Shown here: piece after piece, positions 9,461-17,611 of the stretch
Layout of the letters: every line of letters begins with the position of its first letter
Position numbering within the stretch: the stretch's first letter is position 1
Assembly: GCF_000253055.1 (NCBI RefSeq)
Contig: NC_016070.1
Coordinates: 750,001 to 782,000 of the forward strand
DNA: 32,000 nucleotides
From: Thermoproteus tenax Kra 1
Lineage (GTDB): Archaea; Thermoproteota; Thermoprotei; Thermoproteales; Thermoproteaceae
Reading direction: 5' to 3'
The notes under the pieces: generated by a model
The model's input: only the letters and a program-made list of their open reading frames with translations
What the model was told of the DNA's origin: nothing
Databases searched by the model: none
Made by a program: the position numbers and the translations under genes

Positions 9461-10598
9461 ACTGCGCGTTCAACAGATAGCCATCCCCTCTGATCCAGAC
9501 GTTGGGGAACTTATAGGAGCCGTTGATCAATATCTTAGACTGGCCGTTCGACACAGTTGGGGTGAGCCAGGTCCAGCTGGTCACAGTTCTCGGCAGTATG
9601 GCCACGGTGATAATCGGCGTGGGAGCCCCACTGGCGCCGACGAATGTGGCCGCCGGGCTCACTACGCCGTTGGCTGCGAACGCGTAGGCTCCTAGAGGGG
9701 CCATTCCATCAACGCCGGGCAGATTAAGCGTTGCGTAGTACACCAAGCTGAAGTTATAGGCCTTATAGGTCGAGTTGCCGACCTTCAGATAAGTGCCGGG
9801 AGGCACTACGGCAATGATGTTCCCTACTCTGACAGCGCCCCCCTCTGTGCCGTTGATCCAAGCCTCTGCTATCTCTAATGGGACAAGCCCGCTCTCTACG
9901 CCCGATATATTGACGGCCGGCTTGATTATGCTAAAGCTGAGCGGCCGCTCCGAGCTCTCTGCTACAAATACCCAAGGCACCGGTTTGACAAACTGCAGAT
10001 TGACTTGAACGCCGCCGCCAACGTTGTACCACTGGTCGACGAAGACGTAACGGCCGCCGACCAACGTCCCGTTGGAGAGCTGGCGATAGCCCAGCCAAGT
10101 CCAGCTAGTCCAGGTGCTGGGGATATAGGCCAGTGTTATTATTTGTCTCGGTTTCCCTGACGCGTCCACGAAGGTTATGCTAGGGCTCACTTGGCCATTA
10201 ACAGCGAAGGCGAATGCGTACACGGGCATCCCGCCGTCCGGCGCAAGCCCCACTCCCTTAAGGTTGTAGATCACCAGAGAGAAGTTATATGTCGCAAGCG
10301 TGGAGTTACCGACCAAGGCGTAGGTCCCCGGTCTTATTACTACGATGAGGGGACCCAGCCTGAGCGTGGCGCCCTTTGTGGCGTTGACGACTGTGGAGCT
10401 TGCAGAGACAGGCACTAACTCAGGCGTAGTAGTAGGGACGACCGTCTGAGTGTAGGTCTGGGTCACCGTCTGAGTATAGGTCTGTGTGGTAGTTGTGCTC
10501 TGGATCACCGTCTTGCTCGGGGCTGCATAGTAGCCTGCGATGAACGCAATTACGGCGACTACCACCGCCACTATTATTGTGGTAGTTGTTTTAGTCAT
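9417..10598 (-). CDS. Membrane-anchored surface protein with Thr-rich stalk and two tandem homologous domains
   Basis: Start re-assigned from 10658 to ATG at 10598 (MTKTTTTIIVAVVVAVIAFIAGYYA). Linker 'TTTTQTYTQTVTQTYTQTVVPTTT'; two homologous ~155-aa domains each ending 'QFVKPVPWVF'. Confidence 0.82.
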   Translation of the reverse strand: MTKTTTTIIVAVVVAVIAFIAGYYAAPSKTVIQSTTTTQTYTQTVTQTYTQTVVPTTTPELVPVSASSTVVNATKGATLRLGPLIVVIRPGTYALVGNSTLATYNFSLVIYNLKGVGLAPDGGMPVYAFAFAVNGQVSPSITFVDASGKPRQIITLAYIPSTWTSWTWLGYRQLSNGTLVGGRYVFVDQWYNVGGGVQVNLQFVKPVPWVFVAESSERPLSFSIIKPAVNISGVESGLVPLEIAEAWINGTEGGAVRVGNIIAVVPPGTYLKVGNSTYKAYNFSLVYYATLNLPGVDGMAPLGAYAFAANGVVSPAATFVGASGAPTPIITVAILPRTVTSWTWLTPTVSNGQSKILINGSYKFPNVWIRGDGYLLNAQFVKPVPWVFLGPVN

Positions 10599-10658
10599 GA
10601 CGTCTCCCCGTTGTACACATAAGTACTTTTTCCAAAAATATACCCAAATTTTTTCCAA

Positions 10659-11486
10659 CTAAAAGATTTCTATGTTTAAGACAATAGGAAGCCCAGAGGC
10701 CAACCTTTCCATGATCAGCCTAGCTAGATCGATGATATATACCTGTCTCACGGCGTAAAGAGCCCTGGCGCCTAGACATGCCAAGCTCCTAGCGCCGTGG
10801 CGGGGAGGCGGTAGAGCCACTGGCACGTTGCGCCAAGTGATTCCGTCCACCGACACCCATATAGGCTTGTTCGAGACCTCATGGACAGCCAGATATCCTC
10901 CGCATCGGCCCACTGCGTGGGTGTACCCAGTGGGCCCTCTGCTCATGTTGAATGTCTCTAGGTCCTTGGTGTAGTATACACCGGTGGACGTCGCTATGAA
11001 TAACCTCCCTAGGTCTGAGAGTAGCGCGTGTAGTTCCCCCCTGAATTTAACGGGGCGGAGCTCGCTCAGATCTGCGCCGGCTAGCAGATTGCCCTCCTCA
11101 ACTGAGGCGACGAGCCTATCTTTAAATAAAACGATGTCGCTAATATGGGCCGGCCCTCTCTTATACCTCCACCCTAGCTCATCCGCATATCCGGTCAAAT
11201 CGGCGACCTTTGCGCCGGATACGGCGTCTACCAGCACGGGCCCTTCCAGCGATGCGATTAAATTATCGCCCAATTTAACGAGTCTCCAACACCCCCCGGG
11301 CGAAATCCTCCTCAACTGTCTCCCTTTGACTTCGTAGACGCCATGGGCGGGGGAGCAAACGTAAAGATGCCCCTCGAACAAGGCCGCGTCCACCACCTCC
11401 AAGTCGGGACAGCATATCCTGTGGGCTCCGCCAGTAGGGATGAGCTCGTAGACGCCCCCCTCGGTGGCCAGAAAAATCCTGTGCAT
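10659..11486 (-). CDS. Hypothetical beta-propeller-like (BNR/WD-type repeat) protein
   Basis: 275 aa with repeated blade-like segments ('IFLATEGGVYELIPTGG', 'LYVCSPAHGVYEVKG', 'LFIATSTGVYYTKDLETF', 'IWVSVDGITWRNV'). Confidence 0.55.
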   Translation of the reverse strand: MHRIFLATEGGVYELIPTGGAHRICCPDLEVVDAALFEGHLYVCSPAHGVYEVKGRQLRRISPGGCWRLVKLGDNLIASLEGPVLVDAVSGAKVADLTGYADELGWRYKRGPAHISDIVLFKDRLVASVEEGNLLAGADLSELRPVKFRGELHALLSDLGRLFIATSTGVYYTKDLETFNMSRGPTGYTHAVGRCGGYLAVHEVSNKPIWVSVDGITWRNVPVALPPPRHGARSLACLGARALYAVRQVYIIDLARLIMERLASGLPIVLNIEIF

Positions 11487-11514
11487 ATCAATTCACAAAT
11501 AGATAAAGATATAA

Positions 11515-11691
11515 CTATTTTATTAACTCTAAATAAACTTCAGGCGCCTTGAATCCGACCTTCCTATGCGACCCATCACAGTAGGGCTTTTTCGACGAGG
11601 CGCCGCAACGACATAGATGGACGAAAGGTTTGCCGTCAATGAGAACCTCGTTTGGGCCGTCCTCTATTGAGCGCACAGCGACTTTCACCAT
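11515..11691 (-). CDS. CDGSH iron-sulfur domain protein (58 aa; absent from the supplied ORF track)
   Basis: Hand translation: MVKVAVRSIEDGPNEVLIDGKPFVHLCRCGASSKKPYCDGSHRKVGFKAPEVYLELIK*. Contains the diagnostic C-x-C-x2-S-x3-P-x-C-D-G-S-H motif. Confidence 0.93.
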   Translation of the reverse strand: MVKVAVRSIEDGPNEVLIDGKPFVHLCRCGASSKKPYCDGSHRKVGFKAPEVYLELIK

Positions 11692-11762
11692 ACGTCAGCC
11701 CTCGATTCCTATTTTTAAATTGTCTGTTTTTATAATAAAACTCTATTAATATTAATTGATAT

Positions 11763-12242
11763 TTATTTTTTAAGTGCAAACAATACAAAACCGACCACTA
11801 AAACAATGAAGCCTATAAACCCTAAGCCCAGCGACACCAGAGTCGCGAGTAGCGCGTTGGTCAACGACTGGCCTATCGGTATAGCCGCGTACTTGATGTA
11901 GACGTAGTTTGTGTGGTTGTTCACAAGGTATACTGTCACATTGGGAGCCACAGCGATCGCAGTTATATTGTCAACATTGCTCTCCACTACAGGCGACGAG
12001 GTGCCCGACTGGTAAACATATATGTGCTCTGATGAGTTAATTATGAGTATAACTGGATTTGGGAAAACAAGGCTGACGTTTTCGCCCGGCTTCAATGTCA
12101 CCGCCTCGCTTTTGTTCAACTGGCCCAACGCCTCGTTGACTACAAAGTTCAATTGTTTTGTCGGAGACGCCACAAGGAAGAGAGCTACGGCGATTGCCAC
12201 CAGTATGGCGCCGGCAATTATCACAAACAACGAGGCCCTCAT
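11763..12242 (-). CDS. Hypothetical membrane protein (N- and C-terminal TM segments)
   Basis: 159 aa; MRASLFVIIAGAILVAIAVALFLVA at the N-terminus, LLATLVSLGLGFIGFIVLVVGFVLFALKK at the C-terminus, extracytoplasmic beta-rich middle. Confidence 0.75.
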   Translation of the reverse strand: MRASLFVIIAGAILVAIAVALFLVASPTKQLNFVVNEALGQLNKSEAVTLKPGENVSLVFPNPVILIINSSEHIYVYQSGTSSPVVESNVDNITAIAVAPNVTVYLVNNHTNYVYIKYAAIPIGQSLTNALLATLVSLGLGFIGFIVLVVGFVLFALKK

Positions 12243-12382
12243 GGACGCATCGATTAAAGCTTGTTATAAATTTTTAACACAATTCGTATCAAAGATATTT
12301 TTATACAATTCATTACAAACTTAAATTAAATTTTATAAATTTTATTTATTTATATTATAGTTAATTATACAAATATTGAGTA

Positions 12383-13057
12383 TCAAGCTTTCTTGCGGCC
12401 GCCGGCGCCGGGCCACGGGCACATATGTCGCACTGGGCATACATCGCACCTAGGCCTTTGCGCTCTGCAATAGTCTCTCCCAAACTGGATCAGCTTCAGA
12501 TGGATCTCTAAGTATCGTGTCGGCGGGAAATTTTTGCGGAACCACTCGCTTATTTCGCGATAGCTCTTGCCTATGCTCCAACGCGCGGCGATCCTTTTTA
12601 TGTGGGTATCTACGGGAAAGGCCGGCTTGCCCATATTTAAGAGTAGTACATCGGCAGTCTTTTCGCCGACTCCGGGCAGATCCATCAGGAACTTGCGCGC
12701 CTCCTCGAAGCTCATGCGGGAGATCTCCTCTAGAGGGTGGCCGAGCAGGCTACGCGAGAGTTCGATCAGCTTCCGGGCCCTCCCTCTGTGCATGCCGGCT
12801 GGCCGGATCAACTGGGACAGCTCCTCCTCGCTCAAGCTGAGGATGGACTGCGGCTCTATGATCCCCAGCCTGCCTTTCAAATTATAGTAGGCCTTAAAGG
12901 CGTTCTTATCTGAGGTGTTTTGAGTGAGGATTATGGCTATGAGCAGCTCGAAGAGGCCGGCCGACCTCTTGACCACTGGCGCCACAAACTCCTCCTCTCT
13001 CAGCTTCACGTGGGACACTACAGTCTCCACCAGTTGCCGCTTCAGTTCCTCGGACAT
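12383..13057 (-). CDS. nth: Endonuclease III-like DNA glycosylase/AP lyase with Fe-S cluster
   Basis: 224 aa; HhH-GPD 'LMDLPGVGEKTADVLLLN....FPVDTHIKRIAARW' with the Lys and Asp of bifunctional EndoIII; C-x6-C-x2-C-x5-C cluster loop 'CRAQRPRCDVCPVRHMC'. Confidence 0.93.
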   Translation of the reverse strand: MSEELKRQLVETVVSHVKLREEEFVAPVVKRSAGLFELLIAIILTQNTSDKNAFKAYYNLKGRLGIIEPQSILSLSEEELSQLIRPAGMHRGRARKLIELSRSLLGHPLEEISRMSFEEARKFLMDLPGVGEKTADVLLLNMGKPAFPVDTHIKRIAARWSIGKSYREISEWFRKNFPPTRYLEIHLKLIQFGRDYCRAQRPRCDVCPVRHMCPWPGAGGRKKA

Positions 13058-13058
13058 A

Positions 13059-13077
13059 CGCCATTTTGAACATGGCG
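13059..13077. promoter_or_regulatory. Perfect 6-bp inverted repeat in the nth / 13104-ORF divergent promoter
   Basis: CGCCAT-tttgaac-ATGGCG at 13059-13077, 1 nt from the nth start codon and adjacent to the A/T box ctttttaatta that could serve both directions. Confidence 0.4.
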
Positions 13078-13103
13078 CTTTTTAATTACACATCCATCGT
13101 TGT

Positions 13104-13625
13104 GTGGACATAGTGGTGGGCGTGACAGCCGATGGCGTGTTTTACATCAGGAGGAGCGACATGGAGAGGATAGCCAAAAGGATGGGGCTGAGCGCCGACG
13201 AGCTGGCTGCCAGGATAGGCGCAAGGCCGGAGCAAGCAGGCAGAGGCGTGAGATATATCATAGAGTGGTCATGGATATTTGATAAGCTATTGGATCTGGA
13301 GAGGCGCATAGCGAGACTGGAGGGCGCCCCTCAAGAGAGAGGGGCGAACATAGAGCAGTTTGTCGCGGCGTTGGATGCAGCGATTAAGAGCACGGCGGGG
13401 CCGACTGGCTACTCATCGTTGAGGGCTGTGAGAGACCTAGTTGTGTCGCGCCTCGAGCTCTCGGACGCCCAGTTTGTGGAGCTCTTCACTAAGACAGTTC
13501 TGCAGAGCCGGGGGAAATATATCTTGCTCGAGGGAGGAGACTATAAAGTCCACATAAACGGCAAGTCCTACGGCTATATCAAAATAGTACAAGGATATAA
13601 GGGCAGTAATACGTCCACCTCTTAA
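13104..13625 (+). CDS. Hypothetical protein
   Basis: 173-aa ORF, GTG start with TATA-like element ~20-25 nt upstream; upstream of and co-oriented with the ATPase gene. Confidence 0.65.
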   Translation: MDIVVGVTADGVFYIRRSDMERIAKRMGLSADELAARIGARPEQAGRGVRYIIEWSWIFDKLLDLERRIARLEGAPQERGANIEQFVAALDAAIKSTAGPTGYSSLRAVRDLVVSRLELSDAQFVELFTKTVLQSRGKYILLEGGDYKVHINGKSYGYIKIVQGYKGSNTSTS

Positions 13626-13647
13626 TTATATAGAGGCCGCTCGTGTT

Positions 13648-14406
13648 GTGACATGCGAAATACCTACGTGGCCTGTGGCGAGGCGCGGCGTGAAGTTGAT
13701 GGGCAGAAAGTGGTCCGTGGCGTTGGAGGAGCTGACAGAAATGGCCTCTCGATATCCTCTCTCAGCTCTGATAGGTAGGGCCGGCATGGGGAAGACCCAA
13801 GTGCTATACGCTTTGTGCGAGCGCGTAAAGTGTATCTACATAGATGCGACCGAGTTGCCCGACAGAAGTCTCTCCTCGTTGGCTGCAGTCGTAGCCTGGA
13901 GACTCGCCTCTGAGGCTTCCAGCGCCAAATCTAAGATAGTCGATGTCTACAGGCGCTACGGCTTTCAAGGCCTTCTCTCGTTGGCGCAAGGAGATCCCTC
14001 GTGGACGCTTGCGGCGGCTCTAGACCTTGTATCTGACCGAATCGTCGTGGCGCTGGACGAGTGGATGCCGAGCTTTGAAGACCCCTCCTTCTTCCAAGCG
14101 GCCTCGGCGCTGCACAGAATAAGGAACATGTCACTGAGCAAGGCGAGTTTCGTAGTGGCGTTCCTCCCGGAGGTGTTTGAGAAGCTCGCGGAGAAGATCC
14201 CTCCCCTGGGCAACATATTGGCCTCAGTGGCCGTCCAGTTGCCGGACTACCTCGACGAAGAGGACGCCGAGGCTATCGTCTCCTCGTACTGTCCGGACAG
14301 AGTGAAGAGCGCGCTGACTTGGCTACGTTCAAAGCCGGACGCGACAGTGAGGGACCTATTGATGGCCTTGACGTCAGCTAAGGCCTTAGAAATACCCATA
14401 GAGTAA
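13648..14406 (+). CDS. AAA/STAND-like P-loop ATPase
   Basis: 252 aa; Walker A 'ALIGRAGMGKTQVLYAL', Walker B 'RIVVALDEWMP'; resembles archaeal ORC1/Cdc6/STAND-like ATPases. Confidence 0.72.
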   Translation: MTCEIPTWPVARRGVKLMGRKWSVALEELTEMASRYPLSALIGRAGMGKTQVLYALCERVKCIYIDATELPDRSLSSLAAVVAWRLASEASSAKSKIVDVYRRYGFQGLLSLAQGDPSWTLAAALDLVSDRIVVALDEWMPSFEDPSFFQAASALHRIRNMSLSKASFVVAFLPEVFEKLAEKIPPLGNILASVAVQLPDYLDEEDAEAIVSSYCPDRVKSALTWLRSKPDATVRDLLMALTSAKALEIPIE

Positions 14407-14463
14407 GAGCCTTTTCGCTCTGAGTCTTGCGCACTACTTTAAAATACGAGCCACAGAGGCTCT

Positions 14464-15939
14464 ATGAGCTTCCCGTCTCCGACGATCAAAGAGATACTTG
14501 AAAGGTATAAGGTCATATGGGCTCTGAACCACGCCTCAAGCCTCATGGGCTGGGACAGAGAAGTGAACATGCCAGAGGAGGGCATCGGAGGGAGATCTCT
14601 GGCGGCCGCGGAGATCGCCAAGCTTGTGCAGAAACTTATGTTGGACGAGGAGTTCGTTAAACTGATCGATAAGGCAGATGGAGAAGAGTTGACTGATATT
14701 GAGAGAGGGGTGGTACGCATGTTAAAGAGGGATTTAAAGTTCTATAGAAAAGTTCCACCAGAGATAGTCGCCGAATTCGCCAAGGTGACCAGCGAGGCCT
14801 TTGTGGCCTGGCGTACGGCGAAAGAGAAGGCCGATTTCAAGGTCTTTGCCCCGTATCTCGAGAGGGTAGTGCAACTGGCCAGAGTGATTGCCGACAAACT
14901 GGGATATGAGGAGCATCCCTACGACGCACTGTTGGATCTACACGAGGAAGGGCTGACCTCGCGGGATGTGGAGAACATATTCTCCACGCTCGAGCCGGGG
15001 ATTAGAAGATTGTTGGATAAGATATCGACATCAGGCTGGCCGAAGCATCACCCGCTGGAGGAGGAGCCATACGATCGAAGGAGTATGGAGGAGGCCATCA
15101 GAGAGATACTGGCCACTATAGGGTATCCAGAGAGACGTTTTAGAATTGACGTGAGCCCTCACCCGTTCACTATCGGTATAGCGTCCCCGTTCGATGTGAG
15201 GATAACAGTGAGGTATCCGCCTAAGGACTTCAAAGAGCCTCTATTCTCCGCTATACACGAGTTCGGCCACGCGCTCTACGAGTTGGGAGTCGACGAGGCC
15301 CTCGCGTATACGCCCGTGGGAACCGGCGTATCTTTAGGCGTCCATGAGTCTCAGTCCAGATTCTGGGAGAACATAGTGGGCCGCTCCAGACAGTTTGTCT
15401 CGTTGATATCCCCAATTTTGAGGAGACATCTCTCCAACCTAGCCAGGTATTCAGACGAGGATATATATTATTACTTCAACGTTGTGAGGCCGAGCTTGAT
15501 CAGGACGGAGGCCGACGAGGTCACTTACAATTTACACATATTGCTACGATATAGAATAGAAAGGCTCATGATAGCGGGCGAGGTAAAGGTAACCGACGTC
15601 CCAAGCTTGTGGAACGAAGAGATGGAGAGGCTGTTGGGAGTTAGGCCTAGGAACGACGCAGAGGGGGTCCTACAGGATATCCATTGGTCGCACGGCTCCA
15701 TCGGCTACTTCCCGACGTATACTTTAGGCAACGTCATTGCGGCCCAGATCAAATACGCAATGGGGTTCCTCGAGGACGCCGTGGCCTCTGGCGATTTCGC
15801 GAAGATTAAGGAATGGCTCAGAGAGAGGATACATAGATGGGGCGCCACCTATCCACCAAAGGAGCTAGTGAGGAGAGCAACAGGTGAGACATATAATCCA
15901 TCCTACCTGCTAAAATATCTAGAAAACAAATACAGATAG
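14464..15939 (+). CDS. Thermostable carboxypeptidase 1 (peptidase M32, carboxypeptidase Taq family)
   Basis: 491 aa; zinc-site HEFGHALYELG, 'DVRITVRY', 'GVHESQSRFWENIVGRS' typical of M32. Confidence 0.96.
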   Translation: MSFPSPTIKEILERYKVIWALNHASSLMGWDREVNMPEEGIGGRSLAAAEIAKLVQKLMLDEEFVKLIDKADGEELTDIERGVVRMLKRDLKFYRKVPPEIVAEFAKVTSEAFVAWRTAKEKADFKVFAPYLERVVQLARVIADKLGYEEHPYDALLDLHEEGLTSRDVENIFSTLEPGIRRLLDKISTSGWPKHHPLEEEPYDRRSMEEAIREILATIGYPERRFRIDVSPHPFTIGIASPFDVRITVRYPPKDFKEPLFSAIHEFGHALYELGVDEALAYTPVGTGVSLGVHESQSRFWENIVGRSRQFVSLISPILRRHLSNLARYSDEDIYYYFNVVRPSLIRTEADEVTYNLHILLRYRIERLMIAGEVKVTDVPSLWNEEMERLLGVRPRNDAEGVLQDIHWSHGSIGYFPTYTLGNVIAAQIKYAMGFLEDAVASGDFAKIKEWLRERIHRWGATYPPKELVRRATGETYNPSYLLKYLENKYR

Positions 15940-16189
15940 TGTTGGGTCCACAGCCCTGCGGTTGAAGTCATCGCCCTTTTAGAGCGGCGGAGCGCCGATA
16001 CTAGCCCAAGCCTCCATCCAAGGGCCGAGAAAAGTATATAAACGGGATATGACAGTGTTCCGCCGTATCCAACATACCTCTTCTGGCATCTTTATTTATT
16101 AGGGTTTCCTAATCTCTTTTATGGTTCTTTCGCTGAAAAAAGCCTATTTTTTGTAGTTAAGTTTTTATATTTCTGTTTTCTTAAGGCAC

Positions 16190-16666
16190 ATGGCTACCGC
16201 AGAGGAGCTAAGATTGACTGATAGACAGGTACAGATACTACAACACCTACTGCAAAGGGCCCAGCCCATGAGAGTCTATACAGTGTACGGCGACCAAGAC
16301 GAGATTGCCAGAGAGTTGGGGATGACAAGGCAAGCTCTAGCGATACACCTAAAGAGGCTCAAGGAGCTCGGTCTCGTGAGGACAGGCCGCGAGTTCGTTG
16401 ACGTTACTGAGAAGGCGGTCAAGTTCTTGAAAGGCCAGAGCAACGATGTTATTGTGCTTGTGAAAGTAGAGCCAAAGTATCGCGACAAGGTCTACGACTT
16501 CTCCAAGAAGCTCCCCATCGAAAAGGCGCTTAGGCTGGCCGGCGAGTACGACTTGGCTGTAATAACCCAAGAGACGGTATTGGACAAAGTGCTTGATGCG
16601 CTCAATAACATGGAGGGCGTGAAAGAGACAAAGACCTTTATTAGCATAGGGGCCATAAAAGAATAA
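16190..16666 (+). CDS. Lrp/AsnC-like transcriptional regulator
   Basis: 158 aa; N-terminal HTH 'DEIARELGMTRQALAIHLKRLKELGLV' and C-terminal alpha/beta 'DVIVLVKVEPKYRDKVYDFSKKLPIEKALRLAGEYDLAVITQ...VLDALNNMEGVKETKTFI'. Confidence 0.82.
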   Translation: MATAEELRLTDRQVQILQHLLQRAQPMRVYTVYGDQDEIARELGMTRQALAIHLKRLKELGLVRTGREFVDVTEKAVKFLKGQSNDVIVLVKVEPKYRDKVYDFSKKLPIEKALRLAGEYDLAVITQETVLDKVLDALNNMEGVKETKTFISIGAIKE

Positions 16667-16761
16667 GCGGATTTATATAAAATATAAATTATTTTCTTAA
16701 AGCAAGACCGTTTTTCGTCATCCTATTGTGTAATATTCCATCAGTGTCATCCAGCGAAGAT

Positions 16762-16864
16762 TGGCGGGCCCGCCGGGATTTGAACCCGGGTCCTACGGCT
16801 CCGGAGGCTCGGCGGACTTAGACTGGATCCACCGCCGCTCTGATCCATGCTGAGCTACGGGCCC
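16762..16864 (-). tRNA. tRNA-Arg(CCG) with a 24-nt non-canonical intron and encoded CCA
   Basis: Acceptor GGGCCCG/CGGGCCC + G + CCA; D-arm GCTC...GAGC; T-arm CCGGG-TTCAAAT-CCCGG; anticodon loop CTCCGGA. The anticodon stem GCGGC/GCCGT forms only if TGGATCCAGTCTAAGTCCGCCGAG (24 nt) is removed at about position 30/31; mature length is then 79 nt with CCA. TATA-like CTTTAA ~25 nt upstream. Confidence 0.88.
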
Positions 16865-16905
16865 ATCATTTCAGTGGCCCCCTCTTTAAGCGTTTTGCGC
16901 CTAAA

Positions 16906-16944
<39 letters not shown>

Positions 16945-16983
16945 GGTCATAGCCTAAGGGGCAGAGGATGGAGCCACAAGCCC

Positions 16984-17610
16984 TCAGCAGAGGCCCCTTG
17001 AAGATAGAAATTCGCAGAGATTGACACGCCGTCCTCTGACTATTAACGTACCCCAACCCAGAGAAAGATCGACTCCTCCGAGCGCTCCGACTACGTACTC
17101 TATATGCGGCGTTGCCTCAGATAAAAGGCCCTTGGCCCTCGCCATGGATATAGCGTAGTTATTCAGCCCCACTCTAGCTCTATATAAAATGTAGCGAGCT
17201 ACATCTTTCTCATCGTAGAGCCTTATGGCTCTAGCATCGAAGGCCAACGGCCTGCCCAAGGACAATGATACCCTGGAGGAGAGCAGAGAGGGCAAGACGC
17301 TGATAAGCTTCAAGACCCTCCCTCGATAAGGCGCCAACCTCTCAAATACCATGTTCACCTCATCGCTGACGACATAGACTATATCAGCGCCCAAGGTCTT
17401 CCCCAAGTCTGAGGCAGCCACCACCAAGGCTCTGTGAACTCCCCAGTTTCTCGGACCCGGCAAATCCGATAGGCGTTTGCCGAAGCTGACGCCGTCGAGC
17501 CTTAATGCAAAGGGAGGCTCTATGTAGTCCCTCGGAAGCTCCCGCGATCTATAGTCTACCTCCAGCTTAGAGGGCTCGGCCGAAAGGAGGGCTGATATTA
17601 TTTTATCCAC
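16984..17610 (-). CDS. tRNA(His) guanylyltransferase / Thg1-like protein
   Basis: 208 aa; 'PPFALRLDGVSFGKRLSD' metal-binding region and 'ADIVYVVSDEVNMVFE' second metal motif as in the Thg1/TLP superfamily. Confidence 0.75.
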   Translation of the reverse strand: MDKIISALLSAEPSKLEVDYRSRELPRDYIEPPFALRLDGVSFGKRLSDLPGPRNWGVHRALVVAASDLGKTLGADIVYVVSDEVNMVFERLAPYRGRVLKLISVLPSLLSSRVSLSLGRPLAFDARAIRLYDEKDVARYILYRARVGLNNYAISMARAKGLLSEATPHIEYVVGALGGVDLSLGWGTLIVRGRRVNLCEFLSSRGLC

Positions 17611-17611
17611 G

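Noticed and set aside
15970-15998. cgcccttttagagcggcggagcg, loosely similar to the IS605-type terminal hairpin
   Set aside because: Too many mismatches and no flanking match to the conserved TTTACAAC..GAAAGCC block; it may be a third decayed copy but is not supportable by eye.
16667-16761. GATGAC / CTGATG strings on the minus strand resembling C/D boxes
   Set aside because: Box order and spacing do not match a C/D sRNA.
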